A DNA stretch of 64,000 nt from Vicinamibacteria bacterium (GTDB lineage: Bacteria > Acidobacteriota > Vicinamibacteria > Fen-336 > CBDFGD01), in contig CBDFGD010000001.1 in NCBI GenBank assembly GCA_965246965.1, positions 218,631 to 282,630 on the forward strand. The letters are read 5' to 3'. A model generated the notes under the pieces. It saw only the letters and a list, made by a program, of their open reading frames with translations. It was not told the origin of the DNA and ran no database searches. Positions 47,273 through 56,855 of this stretch are shown here, piece after piece. The translations under genes were made by a program, and so were the position numbers. Position 1 is the stretch's first letter. Every line of letters starts with the position of its first letter.

Positions 47273-47842
47273 TCAACGAGCCAGCGAGAGCTGCAGCGCG
47301 TATACGTCCTCTTCCAGATTCGGCTCGAGCTCGATCTCGGTTCGCTGATAGACCGCTTTCACGGCCACGTGCTCCCAGAATTGGTACACGATGCCGGCCT
47401 CGAGGCGGCGGCTGTCGGCTTCCCACGAGATGGGCGTGCCACGCTTCGGCACCACATCGGAGTGGATCAGTCCGCTGTAGCGGGCGGCGAGGCGGACTCC
47501 CCCGGGGACGTTCACCGCCAACTCGCCGTAGTAGCCGTGAGTCTCCAAGGTCTCGGCGATGAAGGGCGAGCCGTAGCGGCTGAGGATCCACTCGCCGAAA
47601 AGCTCGAAACGCTCCGAGGTCCAGCCCAGATCGGCACCGAATGCGTCTTGCCTGAAATCGTCCAGCGAGCGCCCGCCGGGCAACTCGAAGCCGACGTCTT
47701 TCCGGAGGTAGCGGCCCTTGGCGAAGGATGCGCCGAGGAACGCCCTGTCCCAGGCGTCCAAGGTGACCCTGCCGTGAATTCCGGGCCCGCGAGGGGCCTG
47801 CGTTTCGCCCGGCCTCACGCTGACGCCCGGCACACCGGCCAT
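47273..47842 (-). CDS. hypothetical protein (possible outer-membrane beta-strand protein), start abuts IS1182 end
   Basis: alternating hydrophobic pattern; ATG directly adjacent to the IS1182 terminal repeat; may be the distal part of the gene at 40076..40701 prior to the inversion. Confidence 0.35.
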   Translation of the reverse strand: MAGVPGVSVRPGETQAPRGPGIHGRVTLDAWDRAFLGASFAKGRYLRKDVGFELPGGRSLDDFRQDAFGADLGWTSERFELFGEWILSRYGSPFIAETLETHGYYGELAVNVPGGVRLAARYSGLIHSDVVPKRGTPISWEADSRRLEAGIVYQFWEHVAVKAVYQRTEIELEPNLEEDVYALQLSLAR

Positions 47843-47846
47843 GGCG

Positions 47847-48645
47847 GCTAGGAGTCTGCGCGGCAGGAACGAAATCGGGTGAATGAGCGTTTTTGAAGTT
47901 ATGGGAACGAGTTTCCGTCCGTACAGTCCTGACCAATCGAGTTTGTTTCCGTCGAATCCACGAGACTGGCTTCCGGAGGGTCATCCTTCGTTTTTCATCT
48001 CGGATACGGTGGAGGCGATGGATGTGCGTGCTTTCTACGAGCGCTACGAGGGCGATGGACGTCGGAACCGACGATTCGATCCTCGAATGATGCTGAAGGT
48101 TCTGATCTACGGCTATGCGACAGGGACGTTTTCGTCTCGTGGGATCGCGAAGAAGCTGGAAGAGGATGTCGCATACCGTTATTTGAGCGGAGGCAATTTC
48201 CCGGCACACCGGACGATCAGTGATTTCCGTTGTGACCATTTGTCCCAGTTTCGATCTGTATTCGTCCAAGTCGTGCGTCTGGCTCAAGAAGTGGGTTTGG
48301 TCAAGCTTGGGACGTTGATTCTGGATGGAACGAAGGTCAAGGCGAATGCCAGCAAGCACAAGGCGATGAGCTACGAGCGTATGAAGAAAACGGAGAAACA
48401 GCTCCGTCGAGAGATTCGGGCTATCACCGCTCTTGCGAAACAAGAAGATGCTGCGGAAGACGTCGAGTTTGGTCCTGATTTTCGTGGCGACGAACTGCCA
48501 GAAGAGCTGGCGCGCCGAGATTCACGGCTCAAGAAAATCCAAGCAGCGAAGGCACGTCTGGAGGCCCGTCAGAAGGAAGAAGATCAGCAGGCCGGACGTC
48601 GGCCAGGGGATGACAAGGAATCGAAGCGAGGGCCAAAGTTCAAAA
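47847..48645 (+). mobile_element. IS1182-family element, left-hand part (IRL + transposase N-terminal half), truncated by IS3 copy 3
   Basis: terminal 20-mer GCTAGGAGTCTGCGCGGCAG; transposase N-half 47883..48645 (..KHKAMSYERMKKTEKQL..) ends ..RGPKFK at the 14-bp TSD. Confidence 0.7.
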
Positions 48646-48794
48646 TGTACCGCGCCCGGTTTCTTGGACACCAGTTTGACGATCTCGGGTTCGTTTGGCA
48701 GACGATCCCGAAAACGACGCACGAGGATGCCCCAGGATCGACGCGGCGGGGTGAGTCCATACCTGGGGTAGCCCCTCTTTGATGACCTCGAGGT

Positions 48795-49688
48795 TCACGC
48801 GGCCTTCCCCTGGCCGTGCTGGTCGCGGGCCTCGCGCGGGGTGAGGAATCCCAGCTTCTCGACGCGCCACTGCTGGTTGTAGCGCTTGACGAAGGCAGCC
48901 ACGGCCTGGCGCACCTCCTCGAGGGTGTGGAAGACGCGGCCATGAATGATCTGTTCCTTGAGAGTCCGGATGAAACGCTCGGCCACTCCGTTGGTCTGCG
49001 GCTGTTCGACGAAGGCGAAGCTGGGCGTGATGCCCCAGAAACGCAGCTGGTTGAGGAAGTGGTCCGAGAGGTACTGCGTCCCGTGGTCCATGCGCAGCTC
49101 GAGGCCACGAGCCACACCCGCCTCGACCGAGCCGAAGAGCTGCGTCAGCCCCATGGCGATGGGCTGGAGGGCCTCGTAGCGCGTCCCCTTCTTGCACACG
49201 TGGTAGCCGACGCACTCGCTGTTGAAGTGCTCGACGCCGACGAAGATCCAGCCCCAGCCGTCCTTTGCCGTGAGAACTCTCGCCCCGTCCGTCCCCCACA
49301 TCAGGTTGGGCGCATCGGTTGTGATCGTCCCCTCGTGGAGCAGCCCCTCGCCCTGGCGTACCCGACGCGGCGACAGCAGGTGGTGCTCACGCATGATCCG
49401 CAGCACCCGCTTGCGCGACACGCGCACCTGGCGCAGCACCTTGAGCCGCGCCCAGACCTTGCGATGTCCTTCTCCTACGAACGGCGAGGCCGCCAGGTCC
49501 TCTCGGATCAGCCGCAACAGCTCCTCGTCAGACACCTTGGGCTTGGGACCACGTCGGCCAGCGCAGACCATCTCGGGAGCCGCCTCGCCGAGCTGGGAGT
49601 AGTAGCTCGAGCGGGCCAGCTTCCACACCCGGCACACCCGCTCCACCCCGTAGGCCCGGCCTGTCGCAGGGGAGATCGCCGCACTCAT
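48795..49688 (-). CDS. IS3-like OrfB DDE transposase (copy 3)
   Basis: 297 aa identical to copy 2 OrfB. Confidence 0.85.
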   Translation of the reverse strand: MSAAISPATGRAYGVERVCRVWKLARSSYYSQLGEAAPEMVCAGRRGPKPKVSDEELLRLIREDLAASPFVGEGHRKVWARLKVLRQVRVSRKRVLRIMREHHLLSPRRVRQGEGLLHEGTITTDAPNLMWGTDGARVLTAKDGWGWIFVGVEHFNSECVGYHVCKKGTRYEALQPIAMGLTQLFGSVEAGVARGLELRMDHGTQYLSDHFLNQLRFWGITPSFAFVEQPQTNGVAERFIRTLKEQIIHGRVFHTLEEVRQAVAAFVKRYNQQWRVEKLGFLTPREARDQHGQGKAA

Positions 49689-50098
49689 CGCCGCGACCTC
49701 CCGAAGGCCAAAGGGCGGGCCGCCCCGATCTTCTTCCGCAACAGCTCGTTCTCCATGCTGAGCTCGCCCACCCGCTTGACCGCCGCGTCCAGCTCCACCT
49801 TCAGCGGGTCGCCATTGCGCTCCCGCAGCGACTCGTCGATCCCGGCCATGGCTTGATCACGCCAGCGCTGCAGCCGGTGCATCTCCACGGACAGCTCACG
49901 AGACAGCGCTTCGAGTGACTCCCCGCGCAGCAGCCGCAGTGCGACCTCCCGCTTGCGCACCACGCTCCAACGCTGCCCGGGACCCAAGGCGCCCACCACC
50001 GCGCCGCCGGTGGGCGAAACTCCGGTCGCCCTCCGGGCTCCCTCCGTCTCGCCCACCCCCTTCTTCCTCTCAGACCTCTTGCGCCTGACCTGCTTCAT
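49685..50098 (-). CDS. IS3-like OrfA (copy 3)
   Basis: MKQVRRKRSERKKG.. one substitution (A->V) vs copy 2. Confidence 0.75.
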   Translation of the reverse strand: MKQVRRKRSERKKGVGETEGARRATGVSPTGGAVVGALGPGQRWSVVRKREVALRLLRGESLEALSRELSVEMHRLQRWRDQAMAGIDESLRERNGDPLKVELDAAVKRVGELSMENELLRKKIGAARPLAFGRSRR

Positions 50099-50165
50099 CG
50101 ATCGAGTCTCCTTGAACAAGATGACTTTCCCTAGTTTCGTGTCCAAGAAAACCGGGTCCGCTTTA

Positions 50166-50491
50166 CCTCGTGCCAGCGCGGAGCCGCGCTGCGCACGCTT
50201 GAGCCCCAGGCCGACCCCTCGTCGACGGTACTCGGGCCGAACAGCCAGCATGTCGGAGTGGAGGTGGGCCACTCCGCCCTGCAGGGCCGGGAAGGCATAG
50301 CAGAACCCGATCGCTTCGCCCTCCGCCGTTTCCGCGAGGAGCATCAATCCCCCCGCATGGAGTGTGGCAATCAGCTGGATCGTCGGCGTGATGTCCAGAT
50401 CAGCGAGGCTCCACACGTCCCGCTGGAGCGCGACGCACGAGTCGGCGTCCTCCCGACCTCGAGCCTCGCGTATCGCGATCTCTCCGGTCAT
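50166..50491 (-). pseudogene. GNAT acetyltransferase N-terminal half
   Basis: ..IGFCYAFPALQGGVAHLHSDMLAVRPEYRRRGVGLGLKRAQRGSALARG; ends in the 14-mer duplicated at 42960..42973. Confidence 0.7.
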
Positions 50492-50535
50492 GCCGGCCGG
50501 GATCCTAGCACGCGGGTTTTGGGCGGCTCTCGACG

Positions 50536-50889
50536 TTACGGGCGCCCGCGGTCCCCGATGCTCCTCGCGGTCGCGGCCTGCGACCCTTTCAGATAGTCCA
50601 CGATCGCGAGTTTGTTGGGGAAGTCGATTTTGGTGATCTTGATCCCGGACCCTCCGGGGAGCTCGCGGCGCATGCCCGGCTCCTCGCGGTTCACCCAGCT
50701 CACCCTCCCAACGACCTTGAAGGGTTCCCGTTCGGGCAGCGTCATGGAAAGCTCGACGAGCTGGCCGAGCCCGGGCGGGCGATCGGTCGCGATGAAGAAG
50801 CCGCCGACGCTGAGGTTCAGCACGAGGTGGCTCTGACCGCTGAGCTCGCAGGTCACGTCGGCGACGCGATAGCGGTCTGTGGCCTTCAC
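50536..50889 (-). CDS. PilZ domain protein (c-di-GMP binding)
   Basis: RxxxR-like N-terminal (RYRVADVT) and D/NxSxGG motif NLSVGGFFI. Confidence 0.6.
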   Translation of the reverse strand: MKATDRYRVADVTCELSGQSHLVLNLSVGGFFIATDRPPGLGQLVELSMTLPEREPFKVVGRVSWVNREEPGMRRELPGGSGIKITKIDFPNKLAIVDYLKGSQAATARSIGDRGRP

Positions 50890-51137
50890 TCCGACTCCGA
50901 ACCCTGTTCCTTGACCCAGGCCCGCACGGCGTCTTCGAGCTCTGCTTCGCTCGGAGCCGACAGCGTCGTTGCCGACTGGTCGGAGCCGGCCGAGTCGAAG
51001 CGGCGCAGATAGATGTTCGCGCGATACTGGACGCCCAGCCTGTAGGGGTAGGCGTGAATCTCCTGGTCGCCGCGTTGGAACTTGAGCAGCCTCCCGGTCT
51101 TCACCGCAGCTCGACTTCGGGGTGGAGCTGCTTCCAC
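50886..51137 (-). CDS. hypothetical small protein
   Basis: 83-aa ORF translationally coupled upstream of PilZ gene; no recognisable motif. Confidence 0.3.
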   Translation of the reverse strand: MEAAPPRSRAAVKTGRLLKFQRGDQEIHAYPYRLGVQYRANIYLRRFDSAGSDQSATTLSAPSEAELEDAVRAWVKEQGSESE

Positions 51138-52216
51138 GCGAGCCCGCCGTTCGGGCGACCCGGCGTGTCGAACCTCACCACGGGAAGCGGGTAGGCCGAA
51201 GCGGCGGCGCCGACGCTCCCGCGTGCGATGCCCTCGAACATGGCCTCGGCCATGAGCTGGTAGCCCTCGCGTGTCGGGTGGACGTGATCCTCGAAGAGCG
51301 AGAAATAGTCGCCCTGGGCGAGGAACGCGGCGTGTACGTCCATCAGCACCGCGCCTTCTTCAGCCACCATCGCCCTGATCAGCTCGTTGGTCTCGGCCAC
51401 GAACTCGTTGCGGCTCGGCGGGGCGCGATCGTCGTAGCCGGTGTTGCTCGGCGGCACGGTGGCGACGAACGGCAGGCTGCCGGCGGCCTGGGCCTGCTGG
51501 ACCATCGTTCGGAGGCTCTCGACGGTGTGGCAGCTGGGCACGTCGAAGCACCCGTTCCAGTCGTTGGTGCCGTACACGATCAGCGTGATCGCGGGGCGGT
51601 GTCGGACGAGCAGTCCCGGCAGCCGGAGCGGACCGGAGTCCGAGTCGCTGCCGTCTTCTCCCGCGTTGATGATCCTGCCCACGCCGAAGTGTCCGCGCAG
51701 AATTTCCTGCAACGGTCCGCGGTAGGTCGTCTCTCCCCTTCGATCGTTGCCCTGGGTGAGGCTGTCGCCGATCGCAAGGTAGCTGTTGGGGAGATTGGAC
51801 CGGATCGGCAGTGTGATCGGGACCGGGACGACGGCGCTCGTGGGAACGTCGATCGTGGTGACCGCTCCGGGCCGATAATAAGGTGGCAGGGTGCCGTCCA
51901 TGAAGGTGATGCTCTGTCGGCCGGCCGGAGCCGTCTCGATCAGCGCGTGGCCGGTCGGAGCCTCTGTGGAGCCCCGCCCGCTTCCGATCTCCAGCGTTGT
52001 TTCGGGAATGCGCCCCGCCTCGTGGGCGTCGAGGACGCCGTTGCCGTTCTCGTCGTAGAAGGCGACGAGTTCGACGGGGTGCGTCGCGGTCGGCGGCGGC
52101 GGTGACGGCCCGGACGGGCCCGTCGGCGAATCGCTACCGCAACCGAGCAGGATTGCGAGAAGAAGGCAGCAGGCGAGCCGCACGCCGCGCACTTCGATCG
52201 TTGTGCCCCCTGACAT
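51101..52216 (-). CDS. SGNH/GDSL hydrolase lipoprotein
   Basis: lipobox LLGCGS; block I YLAIGDSLTQGN; block V DHVHPTREGYQLMA. Confidence 0.7.
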   Translation of the reverse strand: MSGGTTIEVRGVRLACCLLLAILLGCGSDSPTGPSGPSPPPPTATHPVELVAFYDENGNGVLDAHEAGRIPETTLEIGSGRGSTEAPTGHALIETAPAGRQSITFMDGTLPPYYRPGAVTTIDVPTSAVVPVPITLPIRSNLPNSYLAIGDSLTQGNDRRGETTYRGPLQEILRGHFGVGRIINAGEDGSDSDSGPLRLPGLLVRHRPAITLIVYGTNDWNGCFDVPSCHTVESLRTMVQQAQAAGSLPFVATVPPSNTGYDDRAPPSRNEFVAETNELIRAMVAEEGAVLMDVHAAFLAQGDYFSLFEDHVHPTREGYQLMAEAMFEGIARGSVGAAASAYPLPVVRFDTPGRPNGGLAWKQLHPEVELR

Positions 52217-52388
52217 CGACCGCTATTCGCCGGCTAGCTGTCGGACTGGGGCGTGTCGCGCAGGGAAGGCTGGATCTCGCGGGGCCCCTTGGGGAACTTG
52301 CTGGTCATCGTTCTCCGTCACTGAGTCGAGTATTCACCCGGTGCGAGCTCGGGCAGGCGCAAAGATCAGCGAGTTTATCACGCGACGC

Positions 52389-53267
52389 TCAGGCTCGACG
52401 CTCGCGTTCCCAAGCCGCGGGGTCCTGTCCGAGATACTCGCGAAGCAGGCCGTAGAGCGCGGGGTGACGTGACTCCACCGCGATGGGACGCTCGAGAAAC
52501 GCCTCCACGGCGACCGGGAAGAACTCGACGGGATCGTCGGCGGCGTACGGATCGAGCGCCGATCGGCCCGCGCGAAGCAAGCCCATCTCCCGCTCGCGAA
52601 CACGCTCCCAGGCGGCGAGCCGCTCGGCGGAGAGTCCGTTCGGAAGGCCGTTGAATTCGGCTTGCTCGACGTCCAGGATGTGCGCGAACTCGTGGAAGCC
52701 GACGTGGAAGCCGTCGGCCGGGTCCGCGAAAGAGTCTTCGAGTGCGGGGAGCGAGAGCAGGACGGTACCCCAGGCGTTCGTCTCGCCGGCGAAATCCGGA
52801 TCCGCGTAGCCGTAGTCGCGGTCGAAGTTGTCGGGGTAGACCAGAACCTCGCCGAGCCTCGTCCACTCGAACGAGCTCCACTCGCAGCTCAGGCACACGG
52901 CCGAGGCGGCGACCATGAGTCGCACGTCGTCACCGATCTCGATGTCGACTCCCGTGATGCGTGTGTCGTGGATGAACCGGACGAGGGCCTTCTCGAAGCG
53001 CCCGCGCTCGGCGGCGGGAAGCCTCCCGTAGTGGTCACACCACTGCGCGAGGGAGTCCCTCCAGGCCTCGGGGAACGGCCCGGCGACAGCTCGCGCCCGC
53101 TCGAGGCGGGCGAGCGCGCGGTGGTGGCTCAGCAGCATCGTTGCGACGACCACCAGACCTGCGGCGAGCAGGGCGCCCCCGACACCGGCGAGCGCCGCGC
53201 CCAGCGCGATCGCCGCGATCGCCAACGCACCCAGGGCAGCGCCGATGAGATGATGCCAGGCGCTCAT
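52389..53267 (-). CDS. MtfA-like M90 zinc peptidase with N-terminal TM segment
   Basis: HEFAH zinc motif, MtfA-family length (292 aa); ATGA overlap with upstream gene; long Arg-rich N-terminal extension of the 649-aa ORF is in-frame noise. Confidence 0.65.
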   Translation of the reverse strand: MSAWHHLIGAALGALAIAAIALGAALAGVGGALLAAGLVVVATMLLSHHRALARLERARAVAGPFPEAWRDSLAQWCDHYGRLPAAERGRFEKALVRFIHDTRITGVDIEIGDDVRLMVAASAVCLSCEWSSFEWTRLGEVLVYPDNFDRDYGYADPDFAGETNAWGTVLLSLPALEDSFADPADGFHVGFHEFAHILDVEQAEFNGLPNGLSAERLAAWERVREREMGLLRAGRSALDPYAADDPVEFFPVAVEAFLERPIAVESRHPALYGLLREYLGQDPAAWERERRA

Positions 53268-56101
53268 TCGCCCCTGGGACGCACGTAGCCGCCGACGATC
53301 ATCTCGAGGCGCGGCTCGCCGCAATGGGTCGCGATGGCGTCGGCGACCTCGTTCCTTAGCGCGATGATCGCGTCCCAGCCCTCGTCCTTCGGTGCGATGG
53401 GTTCCCCGATCCAGAGCGAGATCGGACCCCGCCGGAACATGAACTCGCCTTCTCGCAACATCTGACGAGTGCCGCGAAGCGCCATCGGGACGATCGGCGT
53501 TCCGGTGGCAACGGCGCTGCGAAAGGCCCCGAGCCGGAACGGTCGGAGGCCGGCGGCGGCGGTGAACGTCCCTTCCGGAAACACGACGACGGAGCGACCG
53601 GCTCGCAGGGTCGCTTCGATCCGAGCGACGTCTGCCACGCTCTGCTCGGCATCGTGTCGATCGACCGTCAGATGGAAACGTCGAATGAAAGGCCCGACGA
53701 CGGGCCACGATGCCGCTTCCCGCTTCGCCGTGAAGGAGATTTCCACGGGGAGTACGGCGGTCAGGGGAGCGATGTCGATGTACGACGCGTGATTGCAGGC
53801 GAAGACGAAGGGTCCCGAGCTGGCAGGCTGCGCGCCCTCGACAGTGACGGGGCACCTGGCGATGCGGAGTGCGAGTCCGGCGAAGCCCCGCTGCAGGCGT
53901 TCGGCTGCGGTACGCGGCAGCAGGGCTCCCAGCGGCCAGAGCACCAACACCAGAGGAAGCAACGTGCCTCCGAGGTAGAGCAGGTAGGCCCAGCGGCCCA
54001 GGCCTTGCGCGCGCTCGGCGCCGGCGGCCCAGAGCGCCCCGGCGACGATGCGCGCTCGGCGTCGGAATGGGGTCGACTCGCGCTTGCCGAGCGCACCGGC
54101 CTCGAAGAGGCGCCGCGCGTCCGACCGTCGGATCTTGCCGCTCGACGTCTTGGGCACGGCGCCCGGCGCCACGATCGCAACGTGGTCCGGCGGAATCCCG
54201 ATCGAGGTCGTGACGGCCTCGGTGACGGCGGCGACGATCTCGGTCTTTTCCTGCTCGGTGTGCGCCCGGCTCTCCGCGACCACGACGAGCTGCTCGGTCC
54301 CCTGCTCGGTCTGGACGACGCCGAAGGCGGCGATACATCCGCGCCGCACCCTCGGAACCTCGGCGACGACCTCTTCGATCTCATGCGGGACCAGGTTTCG
54401 TCCCCCTTTGATGATGATGTCCTTGCGGCGGCCCGCGATATGGATCTCGTCGCCCGCCTGATAAGCGAGATCACCGCTGTCCAGCCACCCTCCCGCCAAG
54501 CTGATCTCGGCCGTGGCCTCCGGCTTGCGGTAGTAGCTCGCCATCGCGGAGGGTCCTTTGAAGAACAGCCGTCCGAGTCTCCGCTCGGGAAGCTCTCCGC
54601 CCTCGTCGTCGAGGAGCTTGACGTGGTGACCGGGGAGCGCGCCGCCCACCGAGACGAACTCCAAAGCGCCCGCCGCCCCCGGGGCCGCGGGTCGAGCTTC
54701 TCCGTGGTCCTGGAACGCCGCCCGTTCGACGCGGTCGACCACGGGTCCTCGGCCCGGCGGGGGAAAGCAGAGGCCGACCGAGTTCTCGGCCAGCCCATAG
54801 ACGGGCATCAGTGCCTCGCGGCGGAAGCCGTAGGGTGCAAACCGCTCCGCAAAGCGCTCGAGGGTCGCGGGCAGGACCGGCTCCGCCCCGCTCAGCAGAC
54901 AACGCCAGCTCGACAGGTCGAGCCCTTCGATGGCCGTGTCCGGAATCCGCCGGACGCACAGCTCGAAGGCGAAATTCGGCGCCGCCGAAAGCGTCGCTCG
55001 GTGCTTGTGCACCGTCCAGAGCCAACGCTCGGGACGCGCCAGGAACGACAGCGGCGACTGGATCGCGATGGGCAGCCCCTCGTAGAGGCAGAAGAGCCAG
55101 GATCCGATCAACCCCATGTCGTGATAGAGCGGTAGCCAGCTCGCGCCCACGTCGCTCGGCTGAACCAGGAGACCGAGGCCGATCGCTTGGACGTTGGCGA
55201 GCAGGTTGCGATGCGTGAGCAGCACCCCCTTTGGATTGCCGGTGCTGCCCGAGGTGTATTGAATGAAGGCGGGATCGTCTCCAGAGCCTTCGACGGCATT
55301 CCAATTGGAGCGACGCCCGATCAGCTCCGCGACGGTCGTTACAGAAGCCAGGCTCGGCACCAGTGTCCGGAGCAGGTCCGCTATCGCGCGGGCGCGCTCG
55401 ACGGTGATCAGCATCGTCACGCCCGCGTCCCGCAGGATGCCGGCCTGCCGTGTCGCGTACTCTTCGAGACGATCCAGCCGCACCGGGGGGTAGATCGGAA
55501 CCGGCACGGCCCCCGAGATCAAGGTGCCTTGAAAGGCGGCCAGAAAGTCGAAGCCCGTGGGGAGCATGAGGGCGATGGTGTCGCCGCGGCGCGCGCCGGC
55601 GTCGCGTTGACCTCCGGCGACCAGGCGGGAGGCCTCGAGGAGGTCGGCGTAGGTCACCGTCCGCTCCGCGCCGTCATCCTCCTGGAGGAAGACCTGGGGG
55701 CGCTCCGGCTCGCGCTCCGCCCGACGCCAGAGCGCTTCGTGAATCGTCTCGACCGTTTCCAGCGGGCGCGCCTGGCTCGGGGAGGCGGCCAGGTGACGAT
55801 CGCTCAGGCTCGAGGTCGGGCTGAGCTTGCCGATGGCCGTCGCGAGGTCGTGGGCAGTGTCCAGCCCGAGGTGCTCGACGTCCAACTGCGTCCCAAACTC
55901 CCGCTCCAGCCGAGCCAGTAGCTCCGCGCGCTCGAGGCTCCCGAAACCGAGCTCTGTCTCGAGCGAGGCGCCCGGCGAGACCGCGTCTCGCGCTCGGGAG
56001 CCGGCGAGCTCTCCAGCCAGCGCCCGCACGATCTGCGTCACGCGCTGCTCGACGTCGGCGCCCTCGTTTTCGACCGGCTTCTGCGCTTCCATCGGATCCA
56101 C
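53264..56101 (-). CDS. tri-domain ACP-like / fatty-acyl-AMP ligase (AMP-binding) / PlsC-type lysophospholipid acyltransferase
   Basis: N-terminal carrier domain LETELGFGSLERAELL; adenylation motif FIQYTSGSTGNPKGVLLTH; C-terminal LPLAT motifs FACNHASYIDI and VVFPEGTFT; 945 aa. Confidence 0.75.
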   Translation of the reverse strand: MDPMEAQKPVENEGADVEQRVTQIVRALAGELAGSRARDAVSPGASLETELGFGSLERAELLARLEREFGTQLDVEHLGLDTAHDLATAIGKLSPTSSLSDRHLAASPSQARPLETVETIHEALWRRAEREPERPQVFLQEDDGAERTVTYADLLEASRLVAGGQRDAGARRGDTIALMLPTGFDFLAAFQGTLISGAVPVPIYPPVRLDRLEEYATRQAGILRDAGVTMLITVERARAIADLLRTLVPSLASVTTVAELIGRRSNWNAVEGSGDDPAFIQYTSGSTGNPKGVLLTHRNLLANVQAIGLGLLVQPSDVGASWLPLYHDMGLIGSWLFCLYEGLPIAIQSPLSFLARPERWLWTVHKHRATLSAAPNFAFELCVRRIPDTAIEGLDLSSWRCLLSGAEPVLPATLERFAERFAPYGFRREALMPVYGLAENSVGLCFPPPGRGPVVDRVERAAFQDHGEARPAAPGAAGALEFVSVGGALPGHHVKLLDDEGGELPERRLGRLFFKGPSAMASYYRKPEATAEISLAGGWLDSGDLAYQAGDEIHIAGRRKDIIIKGGRNLVPHEIEEVVAEVPRVRRGCIAAFGVVQTEQGTEQLVVVAESRAHTEQEKTEIVAAVTEAVTTSIGIPPDHVAIVAPGAVPKTSSGKIRRSDARRLFEAGALGKRESTPFRRRARIVAGALWAAGAERAQGLGRWAYLLYLGGTLLPLVLVLWPLGALLPRTAAERLQRGFAGLALRIARCPVTVEGAQPASSGPFVFACNHASYIDIAPLTAVLPVEISFTAKREAASWPVVGPFIRRFHLTVDRHDAEQSVADVARIEATLRAGRSVVVFPEGTFTAAAGLRPFRLGAFRSAVATGTPIVPMALRGTRQMLREGEFMFRRGPISLWIGEPIAPKDEGWDAIIALRNEVADAIATHCGEPRLEMIVGGYVRPRGE

Positions 56102-56136
56102 TCTAGCAACCCGCCTCGCGCGGGAATCCGTCGCTG

Positions 56137-56433
56137 GTGCGGTTCCTAGATTGTTCGGTGGGTCGAGGCACGCGGCGTCCCGAGGAGGGGCTAGGATTGC
56201 GGTACTGGGAGGCGGCTTTGCTCGAGGTAATCACGATACGGGAGATCGAGAGGATCTTCGAGGTGACGGACGCGCTGGGAATTCACCGCGAGGAGATCGT
56301 CATTCCTCTTGCCCCGGGCAGCCCCGGCGGCGTCACTAGCGAGAAGGGCAAGCTGCGGATCGTCGTGGACGCTGCGGCCAACTTCGAGGTGTGGGTGGCG
56401 GGACTCGAGGCGCTCATCCGCGCCGCTCGCTGA
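56137..56433 (+). CDS. hypothetical protein
   Basis: 98-aa ORF, no recognisable motif; start uncertain. Confidence 0.25.
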   Translation: MRFLDCSVGRGTRRPEEGLGLRYWEAALLEVITIREIERIFEVTDALGIHREEIVIPLAPGSPGGVTSEKGKLRIVVDAAANFEVWVAGLEALIRAAR

Positions 56434-56446
56434 GCCTACTGGCCGG

Positions 56447-56737
56447 CTAGCGTCGGCGTCCGATGATGGCATCCCGGGCGAGCTTGGACACTCGGAACCT
56501 GACGCGCCGCTTGGCTCGGATCTTCATCGCCTCGCCCGTCCGGGGGTTGGAGCCGCGCCGGGCCTTCGAGTGACCGATCATCAGCTTGCCGATCCCCGGT
56601 ATCGAGAAACCGTGACGGGTCTCTTTGTACGCGAGCGCGGCCAACGCGTCGAGGTACGCCGCCGAGGTCTTCTTCGGGATCCCGACCTTCACAGCCAGCG
56701 CCGCCACAATCTTCGCCTTCGTCATCGCCCTGGCCAT
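56447..56737 (-). CDS. HU/IHF-family DNA-binding protein
   Basis: MTKAKIVAALA..GIGKLMIGHSKARRGSNPRTGEAMKIRAKRRVRFRVSK (HU arm motif). Confidence 0.8.
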   Translation of the reverse strand: MARAMTKAKIVAALAVKVGIPKKTSAAYLDALAALAYKETRHGFSIPGIGKLMIGHSKARRGSNPRTGEAMKIRAKRRVRFRVSKLARDAIIGRRR

Positions 56738-56855
56738 CGAGCCCCTCCTCTGGGTGCGACGCGTGCGGCCGAGCTTCCCCAAGAAAAGCGCGACATTGTC
56801 CCGCCAGCCCGGAGAAGCTGTCAACTCTCTCGCACGTCGAGAGAGAGCGCCGCTA

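Larger units (their letters stand above)
48646..50165 (-). mobile_element. IS3-like element copy 3 (1520 bp, intact), inverted relative to copy 2
   Basis: orfB 48795..49688 (-), orfA 49685..50098 (-); flanked by TSD halves GCCAAAGTTCAAAA (48632..48645) and CCTCGTGCCAGCGC (50166..50179). Confidence 0.85.

Noticed and set aside
52389-54338. 649-aa ORF as a single protein
   Set aside because: Only the C-terminal 292 aa (MtfA-like) are protein-like. The N-terminal ~350 aa are an Arg-rich alternative frame of the ACP/FAAL/PlsC gene.
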